DNA of 64,000 nt, from positions 18,283 to 82,282 of the forward strand of contig CAYSHM010000013.1 of NCBI GenBank assembly GCA_964430885.1, given 5' to 3'. The translations under genes and the position numbers were made by a program. Shown in pieces: positions 19,116 to 28,647 of this stretch. Under the pieces are notes generated by a model. That model ran no database searches, was not told the DNA's origin, and saw only the letters and a list, made by a program, of their open reading frames with translations. Source of the DNA: an uncultured archaeon (GTDB lineage: Archaea > Thermoplasmatota > Penumbrarchaeia > JASLWR01). Each line of letters starts with the position of its first letter. Position 1 is the first letter of the stretch.

Positions 19116-21335
19116 ATGAGGAAACTGACATCGAGAGCGCTGGCTGTTGCCGCAGGACATATCACTCAGAACCGAAAAAAGTACATCATATTCGTTATTT
19201 TCTTAACTGTCGCACTGATATATCCCCTTAGGTCCATCGAGTTCAATTCAGATATGGATTCCTTTGCACCAGGGAAACCCGAGTTAAAGGCCAGGGATTA
19301 TATTGAAAGCAATTTTCGGACCCAGAGAAATATCATATGTATTGCTTTGCCTGCCGAAGGTGCGATAAATGACACGGACTTCTTACAGGATATTTGGGAT
19401 GCTGAGCAATCTTTAAGAGCAGAGCTGGACGGCGTGTTCGTCTTTTCATTGGCTGATTACCTGATGGGATCATTGGGGGCTATGAATATTTCACTGGAGA
19501 ATGCCCCAGGATACACAGTGGACCTTTTGATCAACGCGGCTTCCCGGGATCAGAACGTATCCGGCACATTCAACCAGGACTGTTTAATGATATTGGTCAG
19601 TATTATTAATTCCTCCGCCGATGAAGAGGATATGGGGATGGAGATCAGGGATCTGATGCGCGATACTGATGATACCCGATTTTTCGTTCTGGCAGGTTTC
19701 AATCACGATCTCAATGAAGGCGCAGTAAGGAGTTTATATCTATTTCCCATCACCCTTGTTCTTATTGCGGGAATACTATTTCTAAGCATAAGACGTTTGT
19801 TCGGAGTGGTCCTCACACTCTTGGCCATTCCCATTGTACTTGTCTGGACCTCCGGTATCTCGGCGCTCCTGGGATTGGAGTTCACAATATTCGCGTCTGC
19901 AGTTCCATTTATTGTTCTGGCACTGGGTATCGATTACGCCATACATTCAATGAACCGTTTCTCCAATGAGAGGGATGAGGGAAAGACAGGAATGCAGTCT
20001 GCCAGGAGAACTATAAAACATCTTGGAGTGGCTCTTCTTCTATCCTCCATCACAACTGTAGCCGCCTATCTGTCCAATGCCGCCTCGTCCATACCTGCAG
20101 TGGTTGACTTCGGCATAATGGTGGCCATAGGTATCACATGTTCATTCTTCGTCATGGGCCTTTTTCTTCCCATGGTGAGCTCCTTTTTTGTCAAGAAGGG
20201 CCGGAAAAAGAAAAAACGAGACCCATTCAGAGCGGTATGGAGGAGGTTCAGTATTATAATGGCCCGCTTCTTCTCCATGAAAAGAAATGCAGTGCTGGTG
20301 ATAGCCGGCGCATTGATCCTTACAGCGGTCTGGAGTTTCGGGGCCTTGAACCTTGAACGCACCTTTGAACCGGGTGAGGTCCTTCCAGAGGATTCCCCCT
20401 GGCTTGAGGCGGAGGAAATGCTGACCAAATACTTTCCCCAGAAAGCAGATCCGTACCAGGTGCTGATCCGCGGAGATATCACGTCCCGTGAGGTCCTTTC
20501 AGCCATTCAGAACGTCACCTTGGTCAACAGTGCGGAGGATTCCCCAATCTATCGTATTGGTAATTGGTCAGACCTGGATGAAGAGGGGATCAAAAATATG
20601 TTCGATGGATTGTTCGAAAATGATCCGACCATTGGTCAGGTTCTCCACCGATCCGGTAATGAATACGATGCGGCGGTGATACGGATTCGGGCCGAGGACA
20701 GGGGAAGCATTGACCTCTCTGCCCTTGAGGGGATGGATGATGCGGACCATATTCTGACGGGACAAAAAATTACCTATGACATAATAATCTCTGAGATATC
20801 AAACTCAATGCTCACATCATTGGTAATTTCAATTATCGTATGCGCAATAGTTGTTTCCCTTGTATTTCAGTCGCCCAGAATAGGGATCATTACCCTCTTG
20901 CCGGTGAGTATTATGACCGTTTGGCTCCTCGGCACAATGAATTTCATTGATTTCTCACTTAACATTGTTTCCATCATTATTGTTGTTACCGCAATAGGCG
21001 TGGGTATAGACTATTCCATCCACATAACCAACAGCTTTATCACCCAAAGGGACCTGGGAAAAGAAAGAGAAAAGGCTTTATCCTATTCACTTCAAACAAG
21101 CGGTTTGTCTTTGGTAGGTGCAGCTCTTACCACATCACTGGGATTCTTTATTCTGGTGTTCTCACCCATGAGAGGGTTCAACGCTTTCGGTGTCCTGACA
21201 CCTATAATGATCCTCTTCAGTTTATTGGGGGCAATCATAATCTTACCGGCCATGCTGATGCTGTCGGACCGCCTGCCCTATCTGAAGGATGTTCACAATA
21301 GTAAAATAAATAAGAATGGTAAAAATAAGAAATAG
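19116..21335 (+). CDS. MMPL/RND-superfamily exporter (SSD membrane domains)
   Basis: 739 aa with two 6-TM blocks separated by a soluble domain. Typical MMPL architecture with GxDYAIH-like motifs (LALGIDYAIHSMN; AIGVGIDYSIHITN). Confidence 0.8.
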   Translation: MRKLTSRALAVAAGHITQNRKKYIIFVIFLTVALIYPLRSIEFNSDMDSFAPGKPELKARDYIESNFRTQRNIICIALPAEGAINDTDFLQDIWDAEQSLRAELDGVFVFSLADYLMGSLGAMNISLENAPGYTVDLLINAASRDQNVSGTFNQDCLMILVSIINSSADEEDMGMEIRDLMRDTDDTRFFVLAGFNHDLNEGAVRSLYLFPITLVLIAGILFLSIRRLFGVVLTLLAIPIVLVWTSGISALLGLEFTIFASAVPFIVLALGIDYAIHSMNRFSNERDEGKTGMQSARRTIKHLGVALLLSSITTVAAYLSNAASSIPAVVDFGIMVAIGITCSFFVMGLFLPMVSSFFVKKGRKKKKRDPFRAVWRRFSIIMARFFSMKRNAVLVIAGALILTAVWSFGALNLERTFEPGEVLPEDSPWLEAEEMLTKYFPQKADPYQVLIRGDITSREVLSAIQNVTLVNSAEDSPIYRIGNWSDLDEEGIKNMFDGLFENDPTIGQVLHRSGNEYDAAVIRIRAEDRGSIDLSALEGMDDADHILTGQKITYDIIISEISNSMLTSLVISIIVCAIVVSLVFQSPRIGIITLLPVSIMTVWLLGTMNFIDFSLNIVSIIIVVTAIGVGIDYSIHITNSFITQRDLGKEREKALSYSLQTSGLSLVGAALTTSLGFFILVFSPMRGFNAFGVLTPIMILFSLLGAIIILPAMLMLSDRLPYLKDVHNSKINKNGKNKK

Positions 21336-21341
21336 ATTCCA

Positions 21342-22388
21342 TCATTTTTTCAATGCGGCCCCGCAGCCTTTACAGTGATATTCGGTGCTCTCAACTGAAG
21401 CTTTGCAAACCGGGCATTCAATTCTATCCCCTTCAGCTCTGCTGCCACTTTTCCCTTCTCCTCCGGGTACTGCGATTATTTTCGGAATTCCATCCTCATT
21501 TTCCTCAACATGCACCTTCCACAGTTCACCCCGACTGTATATTAGCGGCAGCAGTTCAGGCGGTAGGTTCAGGGTGCCGTCCATGTTGATGAACACCTCA
21601 CGGTCCTCATGAAGCTCGGTAAGGTCCATATCAACACCGTGCTGGCCGATGAACCTTCCGTCTGAGAGTTCCAGCGACCTGTCGGTGAATGAAGCGATAT
21701 GTTTGGAATGGGTGACCAAAAGGCATGCGGTGTTCAGCTTCTCCCTCAGGCCAGATACTATCTCCATGACCTTTTCAGCATTCTTGTAGTCAAGACTGCC
21801 GGTGGGCTCGTCCATGAGAAGCACTGCGGGATTATTGGCTAGTGCCCTGGCGATGGCCACTCTCTGTCTTTCACCTCCGCTTAGATGACTTGGAAGCGCT
21901 TTCATACGGTCGCTCATACCCAGAAGCTCCATAAGCTCTATTGCCCTCTTCTTTGCTTCCTTTCGTTTCATATTTGAAAAGAGAAGCGTCTGAACTACAT
22001 TTGCCAGGGCGGTTATTGTAGGGATCAGATTTCCCTCCTGGAACACATATCCTACCATCCTCCTTCGGAAATCCGCCCTATCCTTCTCAGGTACTTTTAG
22101 AATATCGTTCCCGTTGTAGTAAACCTCCCCTGCAGAGGGTTCCTGCAGTCCTCCCAGAATACGAAGCAATGTGGACTTCCCAGCTCCTGAGGGTCCGACC
22201 ACCGAAACCAGTTCACCCCGTTTGAGATCAAGACTGAGCCCTCTGAGGGCCACCACATTTGCCGCACCTTCCTTTCCCTTATAAAGGCTGTATATGTTCT
22301 TGGCTTCAAGGACCAGATCTTTTTCTTCAACTTCTTTATTATTTCCGCCCTTTTTGCATTTCCTTTTTGATTTACGCTCGCCTGCCAT
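21342..22388 (-). CDS. ABC transporter ATP-binding protein with C-terminal ~115-aa extension ending in a zinc ribbon
   Basis: Walker A GPSGAGKST, signature LSGGERQRVAIARAL, Walker B LLMDEPT. Tail CPVCK..x13..CKGCG. Start abuts stop of upstream permease (22388/22389). Confidence 0.9.
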   Translation of the reverse strand: MAGERKSKRKCKKGGNNKEVEEKDLVLEAKNIYSLYKGKEGAANVVALRGLSLDLKRGELVSVVGPSGAGKSTLLRILGGLQEPSAGEVYYNGNDILKVPEKDRADFRRRMVGYVFQEGNLIPTITALANVVQTLLFSNMKRKEAKKRAIELMELLGMSDRMKALPSHLSGGERQRVAIARALANNPAVLLMDEPTGSLDYKNAEKVMEIVSGLREKLNTACLLVTHSKHIASFTDRSLELSDGRFIGQHGVDMDLTELHEDREVFINMDGTLNLPPELLPLIYSRGELWKVHVEENEDGIPKIIAVPGGEGKSGSRAEGDRIECPVCKASVESTEYHCKGCGAALKK

Positions 22389-25300
22389 TTAGATCACCCT
22401 CGTTGAAACTGATAGGTCCTGACGCGCTGCGCTTATCGCGCTGAGAGCCACTGCCAGAAGCATGCCTATGAAAGTAGCTGCACCGATCAATATAAGCTGC
22501 AGCCACGGTATGAACACAAGTCTGTCCAGAACTCCTCTTCCCAGAAGTTCACCGATAATATTGAAGAAACCGTTCATGAGGTAGCTGAGACCTATTCCAA
22601 TGGTTATGCCCAGTATCACTGATATCATCATTAGAACTGAGTTTTCGCTAATAGCTATCTTATAGACCTGCCCTCTTGAAGCTCCTATTGTCTGGAGGAC
22701 CGCAAACTCCCGCTGCCGCTTCTTCATTATTATGGAGGAGAACGTGAAGGATATGGTCAGTGCGGCTATCAGAGAAGCGATGAACATCATTGTCAACAGA
22801 CCGGGTATGCCCCAGTTGTTCTTGTTCCCGATATCGTTGATCTCCTTTTGAAGATCGGCCACATTTGTTACGCCCTCCACAACCTCAAGTCTGTCCCCTG
22901 TCTTTGATATGGAGCGCCCTTTGGAAGCTCCCACCAGGTATTTGGTAGATCCAATATCAGCCTCCGGATTATCAATGGTTATGTTGTAGCGAAGGGGCAG
23001 GGTCGAGTCATCAAGAGTAATACTTCCGGTATAGAAACCGGATCCTCCTCCTCCTTCCGAACCTGAAACGCCTGATCCGCCAACGGAACCGTCGTTCAGT
23101 ATAACTTCGCCGTTCTTATTGCCATGGGACCAGACGGCTTTCACAATCCCGTATCTCAAACTCTCACCCAGACTGACATTGAAGTTATAAGCACTTCCTG
23201 CCTCAGCTGCCGGAGGGCTCAGATCGAGTATATGGTTGGGGGCCCAAATATTCCCTACATCCACCCTCTGAAGACCGCTGGAATTGGTGTTGTTATAATA
23301 ATCGGTCAGATAGATCCTGTAAGTGAGGTCTGATGTGCTCATTCCGGGTTCCGTCCATCCCATCCAACCTTCCTGGGCCGGAAACAGGGAAATATTGCCT
23401 CCTTCTTCCCCATGGCTCCAGTTGACACGCACTGATGTGATTCCAGAGCTGGGATCAGCAGTTATGTTGAATACAAAAGGCATCCCCGCCATGGCGCTAT
23501 TTAGGCTGTGGTCCGTGAATACCCTGCCGGGATCAATATTGGCCTGCATCACCTGGACCTCTCCAGGGACACTTAGGTCATGGTCCCTCATGAGCTGCCG
23601 TATAGAGAGAACCAAGGAATGGTCAGCTATCACCGCTTCTTTGCCGATGGCTCCCGGAACATGGTCGAACCTGCCAAGAACTGCCGCCTCCAATCTCTCC
23701 GTGGTGATATTTCCTGTCACAGGGTCCAATCTGGCAGCTTTTATGGTAAGTTTATCTCCACTCCTGGCACCTATGTCCGACGCAAAGGACCTGCCCAGAT
23801 AGATACCGGGAAGTGAATCATCCCGAGCCAGCCTGTCAAGGGCGCTTTCTGCGCTTTCACCCTTGAATGAGTTCTCATGCCACTTTGCAAAACCAGCATT
23901 CTCGGCATCGATTCCGTAAAGGGTAACAGAGGCGCTGTAAATCTCAACTGTGACAGAAGGCAGGGGCATTGCCCTGTCCACACCATCTACTTCTAATAAT
24001 TGTCCTGTATGATCAGTGCTGTTGGAGAATGTCAGCTGAAAATCAGCTCCTATCTGGTACTCCAGTTCCCTGACGCTGAACCGCTCATCGGAATACCCCT
24101 GTATCACCGAAAGGGAAGCAATGGATAGTGTAAGTGCGATTATGAAAACAAGTTTTGCAACCTCTCCCCTTCTTTTCAGACCGCTCTTGATAATTGGTCC
24201 TATATCTCTGAACGTCTTTACTTTCAGCATTACCTTCTCAAGTTTCAGGGCCGCCCATTTTGCGATCACCGGGGCCGAGAAAGCTCCGCCCACCCATAGT
24301 GCGATGGTTCCCAGGAATACGAATAAAAAGGTGTCCCAACCGCTTCCAAGACTGAGTTTGTAACCCGCTATTTCATCTATATCGAAGGCCCTGTCAAGTA
24401 TTACCTTCGCTGCGGATATCACTCCGAAAATCAACAGAATGATGTCGATGTTATGACGTCTGAGGAATCCTTTCTTATTCCATTTCAGCGTCTGCACTGC
24501 TTCACTCACCTGCAGATCTATGAAGGATCTTCCCCTTTTCCTAATGGATATAATGGTTATAAGACCGATTGCCAGTAAGGATATGATAAACGCAGTCATG
24601 TCGAACAAGAGAAAATCACCCAGATATTCAAAGGAGAAATTGAAGTTCATAAAACCAACCGCAGAGCTAATCACCCAGGCGCCGATTACTGCCAAAAGAT
24701 AACCCAGTACCAGCCCCAGGAACAGAAGGAGAAAGGATTCCGTCAGGACCTGTCCGAAAATCTGTTTTCCGTCAGCCCCCTGAACCTTCAGGATACCTAT
24801 CTCCTTCCTTCTCTCCTCAAGGGAAAGCTCCAGACCGTATATCAGAAGGTAGATGGTGAGGACCACAACAGGAACGATGAGAACAACGTCTATGATTATG
24901 ATGGCATAGCGTATGAAACTGGATATTCCCAGTATGAAACCCACATTGTTGCTTCCTCTGAGGTCTTCCCCGCTATCCCTGGTAATGTCGTTAACAAGTC
25001 TATCGATCTGCCCGCTCATGGTCTCGAGATTTCCTGTGCTGAACTCGTCCTTGTCGATCTTTACAGCCAGGGTGAACAATCCGTATTCCTGAAATTTGCT
25101 CATTAGCGTGGAGTTCGTCCCCAGCATTCCGGTTCCGAACATTATGGTCTCGGCACTCATTTCATCGTCCCAGGAAGCCTCCTCCATCTCGTATATACCG
25201 GCAATGGTAACATTCTGGAATCTGTATTCGGTTGTCTCGAAGTCTATGTAGGACAGAAGGGTGATGTTGATCCCTGGAACCACATTTCCCACATCCAGGT

Positions 25301-26108
25301 TCATTCGAAGGGCCATTGACCGGGGGATGACGGTCCTATTCTCTCTACCGGTAAGATCGAAACTTCCCTCTAAACGGTCACCCACAAGCTTATCGTAAAT
25401 CGTGGTGCTCGCAAACTTATCATCTACAAATGAGGGATTGACCACCCCGTCTTCCTCTTCCCATTTTTCAAGTGTCTGTTCAAGTGTATCTCCGTCGACT
25501 CTGGTGATAAGCCGGAAATCAGGGTCTTCCCATAATGTGCTTCCTCCTCCTTTAGTGTAATATCCGTTCCCGCCTGGAACGCCTCCTGTGAAAACCACCG
25601 CAGACTCGACTCTCGGATCATTATTCACCCGAATTGCATATTCTTCAAGCAGGGTTACATTTCCCTCTTCCTCCAGACTGAAGGTCACTTCATAGGGTAT
25701 TCCCCTGACCATGGAATCGTACATCTCATTCTGAAGTACATTGGTATAGATGAATATAGACGAGATGATAAGGGTTCCCAATATAATACCGCTGAGCATG
25801 GCCAAGGTCCTTCTGGGGTTCCTGAAGATGCGGATAATTGCATCCAGAAGGGAGTGAAAGGGTTCCAGAAGGGAACTTCCGGTTACAGGCATCATATTTT
25901 TTCTTCTTCTAGCCTCCACGGAGAGTGCTTTTGCCCTTACATGATTCACGATACCTATTATCAGGAAAACCGCGGCCAATATTGCAGCGATTGAGACAAA
26001 GCATGTGGCCAAACAGAAAGCCGAGGAGAGATAGATGAACAGAACAATGGCCAGGATGAACAGCAGGATGCTGCCGAAGATAGCAGACGACGCTTTCATG
26101 ATATTCAC
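22389..26108 (-). CDS. ABC transporter permease with two FtsX modules and two large ectodomains (tandem MacB/BceB-like), 1239 aa
   Basis: Two FtsX signatures (RRKEIGILKVQGADGKQI; KRQREFAVLQTIGASRGQV), each followed by 3 TMs. ~270-aa and ~380-aa extracytoplasmic inserts. 4-nt overlap with upstream ATPase. Confidence 0.85.
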   Translation of the reverse strand: MNIMKASSAIFGSILLFILAIVLFIYLSSAFCLATCFVSIAAILAAVFLIIGIVNHVRAKALSVEARRRKNMMPVTGSSLLEPFHSLLDAIIRIFRNPRRTLAMLSGIILGTLIISSIFIYTNVLQNEMYDSMVRGIPYEVTFSLEEEGNVTLLEEYAIRVNNDPRVESAVVFTGGVPGGNGYYTKGGGSTLWEDPDFRLITRVDGDTLEQTLEKWEEEDGVVNPSFVDDKFASTTIYDKLVGDRLEGSFDLTGRENRTVIPRSMALRMNLDVGNVVPGINITLLSYIDFETTEYRFQNVTIAGIYEMEEASWDDEMSAETIMFGTGMLGTNSTLMSKFQEYGLFTLAVKIDKDEFSTGNLETMSGQIDRLVNDITRDSGEDLRGSNNVGFILGISSFIRYAIIIIDVVLIVPVVVLTIYLLIYGLELSLEERRKEIGILKVQGADGKQIFGQVLTESFLLLFLGLVLGYLLAVIGAWVISSAVGFMNFNFSFEYLGDFLLFDMTAFIISLLAIGLITIISIRKRGRSFIDLQVSEAVQTLKWNKKGFLRRHNIDIILLIFGVISAAKVILDRAFDIDEIAGYKLSLGSGWDTFLFVFLGTIALWVGGAFSAPVIAKWAALKLEKVMLKVKTFRDIGPIIKSGLKRRGEVAKLVFIIALTLSIASLSVIQGYSDERFSVRELEYQIGADFQLTFSNSTDHTGQLLEVDGVDRAMPLPSVTVEIYSASVTLYGIDAENAGFAKWHENSFKGESAESALDRLARDDSLPGIYLGRSFASDIGARSGDKLTIKAARLDPVTGNITTERLEAAVLGRFDHVPGAIGKEAVIADHSLVLSIRQLMRDHDLSVPGEVQVMQANIDPGRVFTDHSLNSAMAGMPFVFNITADPSSGITSVRVNWSHGEEGGNISLFPAQEGWMGWTEPGMSTSDLTYRIYLTDYYNNTNSSGLQRVDVGNIWAPNHILDLSPPAAEAGSAYNFNVSLGESLRYGIVKAVWSHGNKNGEVILNDGSVGGSGVSGSEGGGGSGFYTGSITLDDSTLPLRYNITIDNPEADIGSTKYLVGASKGRSISKTGDRLEVVEGVTNVADLQKEINDIGNKNNWGIPGLLTMMFIASLIAALTISFTFSSIIMKKRQREFAVLQTIGASRGQVYKIAISENSVLMMISVILGITIGIGLSYLMNGFFNIIGELLGRGVLDRLVFIPWLQLILIGAATFIGMLLAVALSAISAARQDLSVSTRVI

Positions 26109-26821
26109 ACCTCCCCGTCCACGGATTCTCTGAGCTTTCCATTCCTTAGAATATATATCCTTTGGGATGCCTTGGCAAGGTTCACATCATGGGTGACCAT
26201 CAATACCGCTTTACCCTGGGAAGCCAGGTTCTTGAACAGCTCGATTATCTCCAATCCAGACTGGGTGTCAAGGTTTCCTGTTGGTTCATCAGCGACTATC
26301 AGGGGCGGGTCGTTCATGATGGCCCTTGCAACACAGAATCTTTGCTGCTGGCCCCCGGAGAGGCCGTCGGGAAAATGGTCTATCCTGTCTGAAAGTCCCA
26401 GCCGGTTGATTATTTTCATGGCCTTAACACGTACCTCATTGCCGGTTTCCCCCAGAAGATTGGATGGTATCATTACATTTTCCAGTGCGGTCAGGTTGGA
26501 TATCAAGTTGAAATCCTGAAAGATCCAGCCCACATCGTGCCGTCTTACCTCGGTGAGCTGTTTATGCTGCATTCGGCTGATATCCTTGCCGTTCACCTCC
26601 ACGATGCCGCTCGAGGGAGGAATCAACCCGCCGATTATGTTCAGCATTGTAGATTTCCCGCATCCCGAAGGGCCCATGAGAGTTATGAACTCTCCCATTT
26701 TGACCGCAAGGTCGATGCCTTTCAGGACACGGTTCTTTCCGCCTCCGGGTATGGAGAAATACTTTTTCAGGTTCCTGCATCTGACAAGGACCTTCTTTTT
26801 CTTTGCAGTCGACATTTCCAT
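26105..26821 (-). CDS. ABC transporter ATP-binding protein (MacB/LolD-like)
   Basis: [40 protein letters not shown] overlap with permease. Confidence 0.9.
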   Translation of the reverse strand: MEMSTAKKKKVLVRCRNLKKYFSIPGGGKNRVLKGIDLAVKMGEFITLMGPSGCGKSTMLNIIGGLIPPSSGIVEVNGKDISRMQHKQLTEVRRHDVGWIFQDFNLISNLTALENVMIPSNLLGETGNEVRVKAMKIINRLGLSDRIDHFPDGLSGGQQQRFCVARAIMNDPPLIVADEPTGNLDTQSGLEIIELFKNLASQGKAVLMVTHDVNLAKASQRIYILRNGKLRESVDGEV

Positions 26822-26898
26822 CCACCAAAATAATTTTGTTGATAGCTCTAATATTCATAAGAACCAAGGTAATGATCAATAGTAACGGAGTTGCGCCC

Positions 26899-27417
26899 TC
26901 ATTTTTTCTTTTCCCGTCTGTAAAGTACAATACCCACAATTAGGAGTACAGCACCCACAAGGAATAATCCGCATGACATACAGCACCCACCGCACAGCTC
27001 CATGAAGCTGTCCTCTATTCCCAGGGGCTCGGTGATGTATATAACAGTACTGTCCGAGGAGGTGATATTGTATAGGCCAGTGTCCGGGATTGTGATCTCA
27101 CCATATTTGACGTATTGTTCCTTCCCCAGTGTCACATCCGTTTCGGTAAACTTTATCGGGATGGTCTTGTTGTACTCTTGATCCTTCACGGTGATATCGA
27201 GATAATCGGGATCCATATATGTCTCATCAGAATCCACCCAAATCTCATATTTTCCCTCTCTTAGGATCTCAACAGACGGTGGTTCAACAGTATATTCCGC
27301 TTCTTCGCTAGGATCCTGAAGTAGGGGAGGTCCTTTGATCACAGCCCAGATTCCACCGCCAACAAGTGCTATGACAAGTATGATTATACTGAATACGATT
27401 AGCAGCTTCTTGCTCAT
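26899..27417 (-). CDS. Bitopic membrane protein, paralog of 27676..28611 (unknown family)
   Basis: N-terminal TM, ~120-aa extracytoplasmic domain, Cys cluster CGGCCMSCG at C-terminal TM. Shares PLL.DPS.EAE, EIW, YVKYGE.TI.D.G.Y.I.S..T.IYIT.PL and LC.GC motifs with the 311-aa neighbour. Confidence 0.6.
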   Translation of the reverse strand: MSKKLLIVFSIIILVIALVGGGIWAVIKGPPLLQDPSEEAEYTVEPPSVEILREGKYEIWVDSDETYMDPDYLDITVKDQEYNKTIPIKFTETDVTLGKEQYVKYGEITIPDTGLYNITSSDSTVIYITEPLGIEDSFMELCGGCCMSCGLFLVGAVLLIVGIVLYRREKKK

Positions 27418-27446
27418 TTACGTTCACCTTTTTTCAATATCATGAA

Positions 27447-27689
27447 TTAAGCAGATTTACCATTTTTGCCCTTGAAAATGAACACTTCTTCAATGGTGGT
27501 GCCAAATATCTCGGCGATATCATGCGCCAGCTGAAGAGATGGATTGTATTTACCCTTTTCCAGATAGAGAATAGTCTCCCTCCTGACACCCGCCTTGATG
27601 GCCAGCTCCTCCTGTGTGAGGTTGAATCTGGCCCTGAACTCCTTGATGCGCGTATCCATGGTATCCATCCCCCTGTTAGCTCCGATCAC
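27447..27689 (-). CDS. XRE-family helix-turn-helix transcriptional regulator (80 aa)
   Basis: [40 protein letters not shown] is a classic Cro/CI-type HTH. Likely true start at internal Met (MDTRIKEF). Overlaps upstream gene end. Confidence 0.8.
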   Translation of the reverse strand: MIGANRGMDTMDTRIKEFRARFNLTQEELAIKAGVRRETILYLEKGKYNPSLQLAHDIAEIFGTTIEEVFIFKGKNGKSA

Positions 27690-28611
27690 CCCATCGGTTG
27701 TAATAAAGCCAACATAGACCCAATATCACCAGGATCACAAAAATTCTCCAACCCGACCAGTAGAAAAGCCTAAAGAAAGGTACAAAGACAACTAGGGAAA
27801 CCAGGATCTCTACGAATATGTAGATAATAAGGGCCGCCGTAGCACTCTTTCTGAAAACATCCCTGGACCGTTCGTCCCGATAGGGAATTCCCTTGGAGAT
27901 GTCCCTGAAGGAGTTTCTGGCCTTCAATATCCTGAATAGCATGATGCCAAAACCAATGGAGATTAAACCTATTCCCCAGTAAATATCTCCGTCATTTTCA
28001 CCCATTAGGGCTATTGCTAGTCCCAATAATAGAATTGGCAGTCCAATGAACGATACAATTATCATTTCCGCCCATAGCTGAAAACGATCTCTCCCTCTCT
28101 TTTTCTTTCCTTCTTTGAGCTTTTTAGACACGCCGGCGTAGATGAGGACGAGACCAATTATTCCCAAGAATAGAGAAATACCGCATCCGTTGCAGAGGGT
28201 TACGAAGTTATGCTCAACCTCCAGAGGCTGCGTGATGTATATGGTGATGTTCTCTGAGGCCAGGATATGATATGCACCACCATCTTTAATGGTCGTCTCC
28301 CCGTACTTGACATATTCATCATCGGCGAGTTTAACCTTGTCATTTTCATTCTTATAGATATTCGCTGAGGCGTTTTTACTGTCAAGAAGTGTTATTTCCA
28401 CCTCTTCAAAATCACCGTAATCGTTCTCCAACCATATTTCCCACTCACCTGTCTTCAGGGTGGCGTTATCGCCATGGGAAAGGGTGTGCTCAGCTTCCTT
28501 GGAAGGGTCCACAAGAAGCGGGGTGCCAAAAAAATACAGAAGGGAACCGCACCCTATTATGGAAAATAGTATTGTGGAAATCCCAGTTATTATCAAGGCC
28601 CGGCCTTTCAT
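27676..28611 (-). CDS. Membrane protein paralog with extra C-terminal 4-TM domain
   Basis: Same N-TM/ectodomain/LCNGCG/TM module as 26899..27417, followed by a ~130-aa polytopic domain. Confidence 0.6.
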   Translation of the reverse strand: MKGRALIITGISTILFSIIGCGSLLYFFGTPLLVDPSKEAEHTLSHGDNATLKTGEWEIWLENDYGDFEEVEITLLDSKNASANIYKNENDKVKLADDEYVKYGETTIKDGGAYHILASENITIYITQPLEVEHNFVTLCNGCGISLFLGIIGLVLIYAGVSKKLKEGKKKRGRDRFQLWAEMIIVSFIGLPILLLGLAIALMGENDGDIYWGIGLISIGFGIMLFRILKARNSFRDISKGIPYRDERSRDVFRKSATAALIIYIFVEILVSLVVFVPFFRLFYWSGWRIFVILVILGLCWLYYNRWGDRS

Positions 28612-28647
28612 CTGTATACACCTGGAGTTAAATATTCATATTCGTAA

